Shown piece after piece: positions 27,181 to 39,700 of a stretch of DNA of 64,000 bases (positions are counted from its first letter, which is position 1; every line of letters begins with the position of its first letter). This DNA comes from Callorhinchus milii (Eukaryota). Under the pieces are notes generated by a model, which saw only the letters and a program-made list of their open reading frames with translations, was not told the DNA's origin and did not search any database. The stretch is taken from assembly GCF_018977255.1 (NCBI RefSeq), contig NW_024704743.1:83330001-83394000 (forward strand), read 5' to 3'. The position numbers were made by a program, and so were the translations under genes.

Positions 27181-28147
27181 AAGTAGAGGTAAAAAGATAG
27201 CAAAATGCCCAGTCTTCATGGGGTTCATAGTCACACATTTCAGAAGGGTGTTTAGTGCATTCACGTGTTACAGAGTTAGTAATAACTTTATAGGGTGCAT
27301 TGTTTTTATAATTCTTTTCATAATTCATAATTGTTATAGCTCAGAAGATTTAGAAATCGTTGCATTTTAGATCCAATGTGCAAATAAGACTCTACTTTTC
27401 AATGTGATACAATGCAGCAGAGATGTGATAACTATATAAATGAGCATGGCTGATTTACCTCATGTGTCTCCATTCACTCACCCTACACTTTGGGACATGC
27501 AATATATGTGATGAAACAGACAAGATGTTCTTTTAAAATCTATTTTATGCTGAATGACTCATATCTATCACAGAAACTATTGAACTGAACAAAATGGTGC
27601 CCATTATTTGTCTTGTATTAGTCGGTGTTATAGCAATGCCTGTTGCTAAGAAGTAGCTCTTCCTCAATCCCATAATATGCACCACAACATCTGTATCAGA
27701 TCACATTTTCCCTATGAGATCCTATGAACGAGCAATGTTTATTGAACAACATTCCTATCTGTTGACCTAAACTAATTTAGATACATTTAACACACTCTCT
27801 GATCCCTGTATTCTACGCAGATGAACTCTACTTTGTAGTAAAGTACATTTCCTCTGGGAGAGTGTTGACTGTAGATTTTCATTCATTTATCATTCAGAGC
27901 TCATGTATGACACATGGAATCAGAAATGTCAGCCCAAGTTGGTAATTCAGCTTGCTACCTCTCCACTGGAGCTATCTACTTTAATGTCAGTTCCCTGATC
28001 TTCCCACATACATTGGATCATTGCTGGTCACATCTTTGGAGAGATAATTGTGCTGCAGTTACAGAGTCCATCAGTGCTAAAGTGTGAAAGGAAGACTACA
28101 AAGCAAAATGTCGTCTCTGAATAGCTGGTAACTCCTCTTTCCCTATA

Positions 28148-28378
28148 ATCAACACTCGCACAATAAACATTCTCTATAGTCAACATTCTCCCCAGTCAAC
28201 ACTATCGCTATAGTCAACACTCTCCCCACAGTCAAATTCTCTCAACAGTCAAACTCTCTCTACTGTCAACACTCTCTACAGTTAACACTTTCCCCAGTCA
28301 ACACTCTCCCCACAGTCAAACTCTCTACACAGTCATTTCACTCTCGACAGCAAGTTGTCTCACTCCCTCTATAGTCAG
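28148..28378 (+). repeat. Degenerate minisatellite, ~16-19 bp unit (agtcaacactctc...)
   Basis: About 12 copies of the agtcaa(c/a)actctc core. Confidence 0.85.
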
Positions 28379-28947
28379 GTGTTACTCAATTATTTCTCTT
28401 TTTGCACTTTAGCAAGTTTGGGAATTAGCCAAATCTAATCCATCTATTCAGGCCAACTGAAGATTCTAAAGTTAACATGTGCCACCTTTCTTGTGAATTT
28501 CATCAATTTGACCCATTATACCATGAGAGGAAAGCATCTCAATTATTGAGTGGTAAAGCATATCAAATGTATCCAAAGATTCTTTAAGGCAGAAAAGAGC
28601 TTTCATTTAGCATTTTAATAGATTATATTATGGTCTTGTATAATAGATGAAATGGTCCTTTCACACTGATCATTGCACTGAGATCTTGACAGATCACAGA
28701 AATGTAATTTTTCACAATTTGGACAAGTGTTCAGTTAGGAGATGAGATTACATTGACTGCTAATGGGATTAAGGGTCCATGGATCCCACCTCTCAACTCT
28801 ATTCATGAACAGTATGGTTCTTGCAATACATGTAAAATGGCTAGTGGATCTGAAAGTCATAAAAAGTAAGTATTCCATAGCTAGAGAGCCTTCCAACCCT
28901 TCTATGGTTGAATGTGATATTGAATTGTCTATAGATATAGTGTATGA

Positions 28948-29203
28948 ATTTGGCTCAGTTGGTAGCACTCTTGACTCCGAATCAGAAGGTTGTGGGTTCA
29001 AGCCCCGCATCAGGACTTGAACTCACATAGTCTAGGGCCTAGGCTGACACTCCAATGCAGTCTTGGGGGTGTATTATATTGTCCTTCAGATAAACAGTTG
29101 AACTGTGATCCCATTCAGGTGGATGTTAACGTTCCCATGGCACAATTTGTAAAGAGAAAGGAGTTCCTGCCAATGTCTGAACCAATCCCCCAGATATAAT
29201 TGG
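28948..29203 (+). mobile_element. Deu-type SINE 5' part, abutting an unclassified repeat copy (29205-29430)
   Basis: ttggctcagttggtagcactcttgactccgaatcagaaggttgtgggttcaagcccc. Confidence 0.85.
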
Positions 29204-31289
29204 TAGGCACAAGTTGGTAAGGGTCAAGAATTGTAGACTCCATACAGTGAATTGGGGGTTCTCCAAGAATTTCACAAGCTAAAACTGTATAGCTTCCCAT
29301 TGAGAAGACTGACTAGCAAGCTTTCCACAAGCTGTTTACCCAGTTCGGACCACCCTGATGTTAGGGTTCTGACTTGCAGGGTTAACAGGAAGCCAAGTGG
29401 GGGAGAATCCCTGCCCCCAGTGATTCTGCAACTGCATAAAAGTAACAAAAAATATAAAAATAATAAAAATTTCCTTCTTAAATTACAAACAATGGGAGAC
29501 AGCCAATAAATAAGTGACAATACATTCGCTGGAATTATCACTAACCTGGGCTGCGTGCTTGCTGTACTGTGCTGTATACGTTTCCCTTTGTCTTGTGTGT
29601 TGCATTGTCTCTTGCTGTAATTTTTTAGCATTTAATTGAAATTTAAATGTAGATAATTATGATAAGGCAATAAAATAAATCAAGGCGCATAACGTAAATG
29701 ATACCATTCCGAAATCACGGATCAGGATCCGACTGGGAGGAAAGGGACGATTAGAAATAAATTGTTTACCAAGGTCATGTAACCAAAGCGAATCAGAATT
29801 GCCCGCTCATCCCTGCTTATTTTTATAAGCTTGTCAAAGATCCAAAAGGTCAGGCATTTATTTTGTCAAATACAATTTANTTTTTGAATGATTGCGCTCA
29901 AGGTGTGTGATTTGGGACAATGGCTTACACCTGGCGAAAAAAAATGTTGCTTTTGATCGCCACCTACTGGATTTGTAACACCACCACAACGTTTAGAACT
30001 GAATTTACCTTGAACACAGTTTTGCTTTGTTTTCTAACTGTACAGTCTTCATTAAAGATTTATATGAAGAGCATTGTACATGATCCATGCACTTCTTTCA
30101 AGCCGAGAGGCAGTGCAATTTATGTGAAGCAGTGCACAAGGTTCTTGCAGATAATCAAAGTGAGACAGCATCTTGTGTTTCATTATTTTATAATAATAAT
30201 CTTTGCATTTCATACAGCGCTTTATCAGGATATACTGTAAAGTGTAGTGACTACGAAAAGCAGCAGCCAATTTGTACAGCAGTGTCCCTCAAACAGTCAA
30301 ATTTGATTAGTACTGTTTCCTAAGAGTTGTGTGATTTTTCAGTGGCAATCAGATGTTTGGGAGGTACAGTTTTATGCATCATGTTAACCTCCCCAGTACT
30401 GAGTGAGTGTCGGCGTAGGCTGTGAACTGAATCAGTCATTTCAATCTGTTTCACATGAAAACTATCTTCCATTTATGTTTTTTCACCATTTTCAGTACAA
30501 GGTTATATGCCTGAAGCTGTCGATGCATCTTATGATGGCTGCATGTTATATTGTGTATCCGAGTGTACCAGAGTTCAGTGAGCTCTTCAAAACCTTGGCA
30601 GACCTCCCCTGATAGCCCACTGAGTAAAAGTACCACCCAGTCCAGTACAAAGTCAACGACACACCAGAAGGTTGTAGGTTTGAATCTTAATTCACCTAAA
30701 AATCTCTTGACTGTAAATTTCAGAAATAATGTTATGTGATTGATGTTGCAGCTGAGTTTGTGCTTTAAACATTTAAAAGTTGTTGTTGCTGGAGGAGGCA
30801 AACCAGAGTGCTAGGCAGACAAGGAATGAGGCAGCACTTGTAAGGAAAGATACGAAAATGGGATAGTAGTTAGCCTTGAGATGGCTATTCATTCAGAGGT
30901 CAGGTATTTGGACCTAACCAACACAACAACAATTCAATTCACATTTAAATAGCGCCTTTCATATCAGAAGGAAGTCTCAACAAGCTTAAATAATCAATGT
31001 TTTAGGTGTTTCACGAAGGAACCCATTACCGAGCTTGTGCCCATATGAGCTTGACAACCACAGTACCGTAAACATAATAAACCTGTTGAGGTGACACTCA
31101 CTGTACAACTCACTTTGATGCCCCAAATTCCTTCTCATGATACTATGGCTGAAATAATTGAGGTTAGTCAATTTGCCAGGCACACAGCCACGTCACCAAT
31201 GCTTTGGGAGAGTTAAGAATCCCAATACATTAAATTCAGTAAGAAGAATCATCACCAGCTTGATTGACAGCTTCAGGGAGAGACTGTTG

Positions 31290-31640
31290 ACCGCAAGATT
31301 GGTTTAGATGAAGAAAATCCTTTGGTCTATCTAATCTCATCCTTCCAGAATACCCCCCTACTGTCCTCCCATCATAGCATGTTTTTTTTAAATAAATTGA
31401 GTATCTGGACTTCAGCAACCCTCCTGGTAATCTGTTCCAGTTGTTGATTACCCGCTGGAAACGAAAATTCCTGGTAACTGTCCTGAAATTGATCTTTGCA
31501 TCTCTGAACCCGTGTCCTCCTGTTCCAGTGCCTCGGTGCCACTGAATGTATTGTTCTGGGTTTATTTTTTCAATCCCATTTAGAAGTTTATACACCTCCA
31601 TGATGTCCCCTCTGAGACATCTTCTCCTGTGTATCAGCAC
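31290..31640 (-). mobile_element. CR1 LINE 3' fragment
   Basis: RRRCLRGDIMEVYKLLNGIEK...TGGHGF...FQRVINNWNRLP, the CR1 ORF2 C-terminus. Confidence 0.9.
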
Positions 31641-31819
31641 CAGCTCTTGCTGCGGGACAATTAAAATTGAAAACAGAGTCACAAATACACCTACACAAAC
31701 CTGCCAATACCTTTACCGTTACAGCAGCGGAAATGTGTGCCCTTAGCAGGTGCCCAAATTCTGCTTCTCACCACCAATATTCTCCACCTGAATGAACACA
31801 CTATGTATTCACTCTATTG

Positions 31820-32100
31820 TCAGCCAGGGCACTTGCTGAGGAGCTACAATTATCATTAGTGACTCTGGCTGGGGAGAAAGTTATTCAGTTCTGATCACTA
31901 CCAGGAACCTCTGCTGGACTATTGTCAATGTGATGGATCTTGCGGAAAGTGCAGCTGTGATGTCTGTCATGGTCAAACATACTGCTCACACTCCCTGTTG
32001 GGACTCACACATGCAGGGTAGCCATTTGGGCGAGTTGCCAGTTGGACCCCATTGGAAGCGTAGCTCACCAAGAGTTGGGCAAGGCCGAGAAAAAGAAAAG
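31820..32100 (+). mobile_element. Ancient AmnSINE2-like SINE
   Basis: gctacaatt...ctgatcactaccag...gctgtgatg...ctcacacatg...ccatttgggcgag. Confidence 0.5.
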
Positions 32101-33019
32101 GGAACAAAATTCATCAGAACAAAAAGTTTAGAAAGGGGAAGCAACCTCCAGTTCAGATCCTTCTTGAACAAATGTTTTTTAATGTACAGTATTTATAGTT
32201 ACACTGGCAGCATTTGTTGTTCTATGAGTCACAGAGCTCAAAGCTTAGACCAGCATGAAGGCTACTTATTGAAATCTAGCATTTCAGAACATTAATTGTG
32301 GCAGTTCTTGGAAATGCATGGAGGGGGATCTTCACCCTAGCTCTTGCTCCTGAATAAATTATGTAAATTGAAGAACCTTGAATTACAAGAATGTATTCAA
32401 TGACCTGTGCTCTAAATGATACATATACAAACGTACCATTAAATCTGCATAGAACCTACTCTAATGGGAGGAAATTAATGGCAATCTCCCGATATATGAA
32501 AATGTTTCTGAGACTCAGTTTTGATTCTGACATAATACTTAATGATCATACAAGTCTGGCTTTAGGGTAATTTTGCCCACACTGACCTATTACACAAGAC
32601 CTGCTAGGATCCCTCTCCGTACATAGTATATTCAATTTCACTAAATTGCATTAGATTCGATTTTTCATCTTATTCTATTTAGGGAACATTTTCCAGGATA
32701 TTTCAAATCATTATCTTGAATCTTCCTTGCAAGTTGTCAAGGTATTATTAATATCTTGTAACAACATTATGCATTATACCTCATTGCACTCACACAATGA
32801 AGGCTCAGATCAGAGCTTGTCAATCAAACAACATAGTGGATTACTGTTAAGATCAATTCATACTTCAATGAGGAGAAAATAAGCAGAGCTCATCTGTATG
32901 TGTGTGTGTGTGTAATACAGTATGTCTATTTGTCTGTGTGTGACATTTACAATATAAATACGTGTATCTGAGTATCTTTGGATGTATATACAGTATACAT
33001 ACCTCCCTGTTTGTGTGTA

Positions 33020-33460
33020 TGCAGCTCCACCTCACTGAGCCAGTCCAGAACCTTCGCATCTTTTTTGACCCTCAACTGTCCTTTCTACCCCACATCCGTG
33101 ACTTGACTCGTTCTGCTTTTCCCCCACTTCCGTCACATCACCTGGCTCCGCCACTGCCTCAACTCTCAGACCCCCGCCATCGGTGGTGGAGCATTCAGCC
33201 TCTCTGCCCCCACCCTCTGGAACTCGATCCCACATTCCCTTTGCCTCACTCCCTCCCTCCCTTGCCTCCTTCAAGGCACATCTCAAAAACCTCCTCTTCG
33301 ACCAAGCCTTCGGCCAACCCCCTACCCTCCCTGCCCTCCGCCCTCCCAGATCCCAACTGCCTCCTGTTCGGGGTCCAAATCCCTGATAGTCCAGAGCCTT
33401 GGGACATCCTTCCGACATGAAAGGCGCTATACAAATGTAACTTTGTATTGTATTGTATAT
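33020..33460 (+). mobile_element. L2 3' fragment with internal deletion
   Basis: EPVQNLRIFFDPQLSFLPHI..., FKAHLKNLLFDQAF; type A tail. Confidence 0.88.
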
Positions 33461-34811
33461 CTAAATATATTTTTATGGATGATCTGTGTATGCAAATGTA
33501 GGATATTTATAATAAGTCAAGGATTTAACATGGACCCCTATCACATCAAAATGCATCACATTTCACACACAAAGAGTTATTTTTTGATGTGTAGTTACTT
33601 ATTATAAATGCAACTGTTCAGCAGTCACATTACACAGAGAAACGACAAGTTACTATTTATTTTGGTGAATATGGAAGAGGGAGAGACATTGGTCAGGATA
33701 AAGGGAGTCAAAAAAAACCTTTAGTAACATAAGATTTTTAGTGTCGATGAGAAAACATAGATGAATTCTCCTTAACTTACTCAGGTAAAGGACTCAAGCC
33801 CCGGTTTGAAACTACAACCTTCTGAACCAGAAATGAGAATGGTACCAAATGGTAATAATAATATAATAATTGTACAGTCCAGGTGCCAACATGTGCTGTA
33901 TTCTCACATTGAATTGTGAGGGGTTCTGTATATTGATGTCTCCATTATAAGTTATTTGATCAAAAAAGACATTTGGGCCCAATTAGTGCTCTGTTTACTA
34001 ATGCTAGCGAATGGTTCAGATTACAGTAAGATGATGCTCAGAATAGATTGTCCGTTGGATTGAATCTGTCATGAGATTGATTTATTTTGCTACAACTTAA
34101 AAACAGGATTCATTTCTCAACGCTGTACCTGTTGTGCTCACTACTGACAAATTCACTTTCATAGCAAGTCAGGAATGGTTTCTGATTCTTTCTTCTGTGA
34201 TAGGATGTGAGGCCTCTATTGTGTTAAAACGGTATATCATAGGGGAGGTCATGTAACAGACTGTAATTTCTACATGTCCAAAACACTTCTCATCATGTGC
34301 CTTTAACAAGTATGTCTGGACTTTCATCAAGATAGGATTCCAAACCCTTTGCTGTGTGTGATCCGCTTGTGGTATATATATTGCTAGCTTATGCCAAAGA
34401 TCAGCTTTAAACAGTACGGGTATGCCAAACATTAAAACGCTCACACTGGAAATGATCAAAGGCCACATATTGTCATGAATATAAAACTGGCTGCATCTGT
34501 ACTCATTTGTCTCTCAAAAAAATTATACAAGTTGCAGGGTTCTTGTCTTGCATCTGTTGGAAATGCCATTATTAAGAGAATAAAACATTGGCTTTGATGT
34601 GTTGCTTTTCTAAATGGATCGTAGTTGCATTCATGGTCATCCAGGTTTTGAGAAGAAGCAGAGTAAGTCATGTTAATGGAGAGGGAATTGGAGTTGCACC
34701 AGTAATAGAGTTGACTTCTGTGACATGATTGAAAGCCAATGTGTCCATGCAGGCTGCCCTGCATTCTGCAAACTCCTCCAACCCAGTTAAGTGGGGAGTC
34801 CTGTAGTTTGT

Positions 34812-35130
34812 GGAGTCCTGTAGCTCAGTGGTTAGAGCACTCGCTTTGCAAGCGAGAGACCTGAGTTCAATTCCAGACAGGGCGAAACCTTGGGCAAGTT
34901 TCCTTACTCCACACACCTAATAATAATCCCTCCAAAAACCCAAAACAATAATAAATTGGTCATTTTCAATCAACAACTGTTTGTGGGACATTGCTGTGCG
35001 CAATTGGCTGCCGTGTTCGCCCACAAATATACAGTCAATTCACTTTACAGTGTGTTCTGTGAAACGCTTTGGGACGTCCTCCCGACGTGAAAAGCGCTAT
35101 ATCAAATGCAAGGATTATTATTATTATTAT
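34812..35130 (+). mobile_element. CORE-like SINE with tRNA-Ala(TGC)-like head and L2 type A tail
   Basis: Intact D arm gctc-agtggtta-gagc and anticodon arm ctcgc-tttgcaa-gcgag; accttgggcaagtt; tail gggacgtcctcccgacgtgaaaagcgctatatcaaatgc(ATT)n. Confidence 0.88.
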
Positions 35131-36809
35131 AAGTGTCATATTGCACCCTTTCTACTGCAATGTCTATAGATGTTAAGGTATCACAATGTCCCCTGGATGT
35201 CACACTGAACTGTTTAATGCAACTGGTAGCTTTCAAGCATCAAACAGGAATTTATCCTGAGAGAGACAAATGTAGTTAGGAGGCAATAGATGAGCTCTTC
35301 CATCACGATTTCCAATATACAAGTCTAGATGTGTCCCAGCAACAACTACCCACAGAACATTTCCACAGCATTGCTGATTTACCCAAAGTGTAAGGACAGA
35401 CTGATTACGTACACCCCACTATAAAAATACAATGATTTTCATTGAACTTTGAGCATTGGGGTAGATAATATACTGTTCTCTGGCACCATTGTGGTACTCT
35501 TATACCATTATAGGACCACAATGCTGTTGTAGTGGTAGCACAAATGCAACAGTTACCTGTTGAAATCCGTTATCATAGAATGTCCAAACCACAACAGTCT
35601 TCAATTCTTATTCTTTTTCTTTTAAATCAATTACATTTCCCCTGAACTCTTGCCAGGAATAATGCATTATAGACAACCATGTTGAGCACAACTTCCACCT
35701 ACAGTCTGCAGCACCCCGTGTGTTTTGTGGATTCCTAGAAAGTTCAAAAAGCACGTGCCCCCATTTTATTACATTAGGAGATCCAGACCCTCATTAGTAA
35801 ACCTGCTTGTGCTAACTTGCCTTGCCTCCCATGACAGCTATAAGTCTCTCTCCACAAATACATTAGTCCAACCTTCTCATTTAAATACCATTATTAAAGC
35901 GTTCAGGTTGTTAAAGAGGCTTCATTGCCACTGCTTCCTCATTAGATAATTCATGTTCACAAACGGGAGTGAACTGACTCAAGGACTGTTGGAACAATGA
36001 ACTGAACAGGACACTATTCAATACACTGACAAATCTCCCATTGGAAGAAACGTATGTTTAAACAATATAGGTTTCTAAAAGAGCAAAGAAGCCTAGTTTC
36101 AATTTGTATTAATAATTTCTTATTTTTGTTAACATCAGCCAATGTATTAATATATACATATATATGTATAGATCCCATGACCCTATCTGTAAACAGAAGG
36201 GCGTTTATTGTGGAGCATTGTGAGCATTGTGGACTCACTGGATCCTGATCAACAATCTCCCAGATTAATTGGTCATTCACCTCCTGCCTTCCTATGTAAA
36301 TGGTTGCCATATTTGCCTATGAATATATAGTATTCCACTTAACAATAATTACTGGAAATGTTTTGAGATGTTTTGATGTATAAGATGCTATAAAAAAAAC
36401 AAGCTGTTCTTTTAAGAAATACTGGTTTAACATATCTATCTCAATATACTGTAACTCAACATAGACTTGGATTTGATTGTACAAACCTGTAAAATGCATG
36501 GGTTGTACTGAATGGTGCCTTTACTCATCAGGTCTTTGGAGCAATCTCTAGTTTTGTGATGATTTTTACACAGTTCTGTATTTTAGGCAATCATCTGTAG
36601 AATTAACCAACCTACCAGTTGATGAACAGCTCGTTTAATCATAAATCCTTCAGTAATAAGGAGAGACACTTGCAAGCGATACATAATAATCCTTACATAT
36701 CATACAACATATTTCACATCGGGAGGTTGTCTCAAAGCGCTCTACAGGATTTACTGTAAAGTGTATGTTTTGTAAGAATATGCATACAAAGCACAGAAAG
36801 GAAAACACT

Positions 36810-36992
36810 GAATGTTCGAAATGCGAAGTAAACCCAGATATTGGTGAAATTACACAGGCGGTTTATCAGCCTCTGAAAGAGAAAGAGAGGTTAATGTTTC
36901 GGGGTGGATCCTTCTCATGCATTAACCATTTTTCTCTTTCAGATGCTGATCGACCTGCTGTGTTTATTTCAACCTTTTCTCTTTTTATTGGA
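36810..36992. mobile_element. Palindromic Penelope pLTR-derived element
   Basis: atcagcctctgaaagagaaa..ggttaatg pairs with cattaacc..tttctctttcagatgctgat. Confidence 0.65.
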
Positions 36993-39094
36993 GACATATG
37001 CTGTTTGTGTAATCAATTCAGTTTTGAGGTGGCTATGAATTTCCAGCTAGAATACACTTGTTCCTGTGTTTAAATATCAAATTGCGCAGTGGAATGTTCC
37101 ATATCAGGTCCAATGTGACTGCTCTGGTTTGAGTTTATTACATGAGATTCTCAAATTTGAGGAAAAGTAATTTGAACTTGGTGCAGCGTAAACACAGCCT
37201 TTTCTATTTAAACGCATTAGTCTCTCATTTATTGCACTCGAACTCCCAATTTGGGCAATGGCTTGAGGTTGCTTGCAATGCAATCAGTTAAGCCAGAGGT
37301 ATCAATATAAAATAGTTTAGTGGGATTTCAATTTTAGTGGGAAAATGTGTTACTGTATGCTGCACTTAGCCATTGTATCAATCTGTAGGTGGTGATATTT
37401 TGCAATAATGAGCATCCACCATTTTATCAGTCTATAAAGACCCACATAGTTCAGTAAGTGCACTTGTAATATGTAAACTGTGTTAATGTGACCTATTATT
37501 TAAAAGACAAATTTCACATCCTCTTCATTTTTGTTTTGCACGGACACTTAATGGTTAAGTAAATAACAATAAAGGCATTTTTCTAAGTGCATGGTTTTGC
37601 AGTCCTCATGCACAATGCACATTTAAGCAGTAAGTTAATGACGCTCATTCTTCACCTTCACAAATGCTGTTCCATTCACTGTTCATCTAAAAAGGTCAGT
37701 TTAACAACTCATTTATTCACTAAATACTAGGATCTAGCCAGTATGAGTGGCATTCTCCCGAGTTCTTTAATCAGCCTCAAACTGTTTAACTGTTGTAAGT
37801 TATAGAAAAGAAAGTATTTTCTTTCTAAATTAGTTACATTCAGTTATTGCACACATAAGTTGGAAAACATAAAGGGAAGTTAGCTGGTCTGCACTCTGGC
37901 ACTGTTGGGGGGAACAGTTCAGAAATAGCAATAGTTCCAGTGGAGCTTGCTTAGAATTTTATGGAGAACCTAGGTAGTCCACTTATGATTGCATTTACAT
38001 TAGTGGTTTGCTGGTGGTGTAGGATTTCAGAGTAAGTAGGACAATTGACAGACACCATCAATATGAATGACGTGGCACAGTTATTGATGGACATGGTGCA
38101 CATTACCCATGGTGGTCTCACTCCACACCTGGATACAGTAACAACCCCCACCCCACCCACCCCACTCCACTGGTAGCAACATGCCTGGGGGGGAGGGGAG
38201 AATTCTATCCACATTCTATTTCTTGATCAATGACATTCCTTAGTTAAGAAATGCTTTATCGACTGGACCAAAAATGTGATTAAAATAAGACTTTAAAGCC
38301 TGTCCTGAGTGAACAGGTTTTGGAATGAACATTCTCCAACAAGTAATGCAGATCACGTTCAAAATGGCTGTCTTGGTTTCATGCCAGGAAGAATCCTGAG
38401 CCCTTTTATTCCAGGCTGTGAAGCACCAATTTAACTTTGATTTTTTTTTATCTTAATTTTAAATCGGTATCCAGTGAAGAAGCTCCAGATTGCTCAGGCA
38501 GTCTGCAAACCTCAGAGTCACTGCACAATACATTATATCCTGTGAAGGGTTTTGAGGTGTCTTTCCGACGTGAAGATTTTTTATAGCCTGGAATAAAGGC
38601 TTCCGTGATCTTTGCCTGACAAAAGGAAGGAACCTTTTTTTTAAAGCAAGCAAAGATCCCGAAGGTCTGTATTCCAAGCCAAGTTATTAACATCGTCACC
38701 GGAAAACGTCTTAAAATTGAGGTTAAAATTTGAAATGATTAAAAGTTAAAACGTAACCACCTCTTTAGCATCTGGGAATAAAAGGCCTTGATATCCTACT
38801 AACTAAAACAAAATGGGATTTTCAATCTGAAGAGCCTGTGGGAGAAATATTGTCTAGAGGCTGAGGAGAGGGGGAGGAAATCGAAGGGCAGTCTCATGTT
38901 CAATTGCATACCTGTTGTTAAGGGGGGCATTTTAATTGTATTTTCTGTCCAGTAGATAGTGTGTTGCTTAGTTAAGGGACGCTAATAATTAAGGGATGCA
39001 ATGTGCCCGGAAAGATTATATTTCCACCCCATAAATCCAAAAGGAATTTGTACTGAAGGCAGAATAGTTTTGGTTGCTGCAGACTGAGGATGCT

Positions 39095-39700
39095 TTTTTC
39101 CAGCCGGATGTCTGATACATGTGAGAGCCCATCACAATGCTTAAGAGCATCCAGACTGAGAGCTCCAAATGTGTATGGCATGTAAACATAGAAATTTCCC
39201 TGTGTTTCGAATGGAATGTGCACTCTCTCATTGAAGGGACACACCCTGCTTACTTAATTCTGGAGAACATTGGATGCAGTTTGGCAAGAGCCAAGGCTTG
39301 GGGACTCCAGAGAGTGCGTTGGGGTACTGCTAGAGTTTACCCAATTAAGCTATTCATCCATTGATTGCACTGTCTGGTCAGCTTCCTATGGCTTGCCCAG
39401 CTAGGAACACCCAACCCATTAAGGCTTTGGGTTGCAGGGGAAGCAGAAGAAGAGTGGAAAGAATTTCTGTCTCATTAATTAGTCTGCCCTCCAAGTCCAG
39501 CTGACAAGCCAGCCTGGCTGGTTTGTCGTCAGCAGTGCCTTGGAGTACTGCGGATCCATCTGGCTCAGGTACCGCATCATCAAGATCGCCACAGAGGGTT
39601 GACTTGTTTCTGTTATTCCATTGCCATGCATGTCATCTTGGAGCCAATCAACTCTTCTTTCAGGGAGGAAGGCTGATCAGCTCCAAGGGGACCTTGCTTA
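39095..39700 (+). mobile_element. Unclassified interspersed repeat copy
   Basis: Colinear with copies at 8192 (reverse), 24150 and 49025. Confidence 0.75.

Noticed and set aside
28148..28378. CRISPR-like array
   Set aside because: Short degenerate units with no unique spacers, no cas genes, vertebrate context.
29880..29880. Single N bases (also 56482)
   Set aside because: Assembly ambiguities, not biology.
34812..34885. tRNA-Ala(TGC) gene
   Set aside because: T-stem is disrupted, there is no poly-T terminator, and it runs straight into a SINE body and tail.
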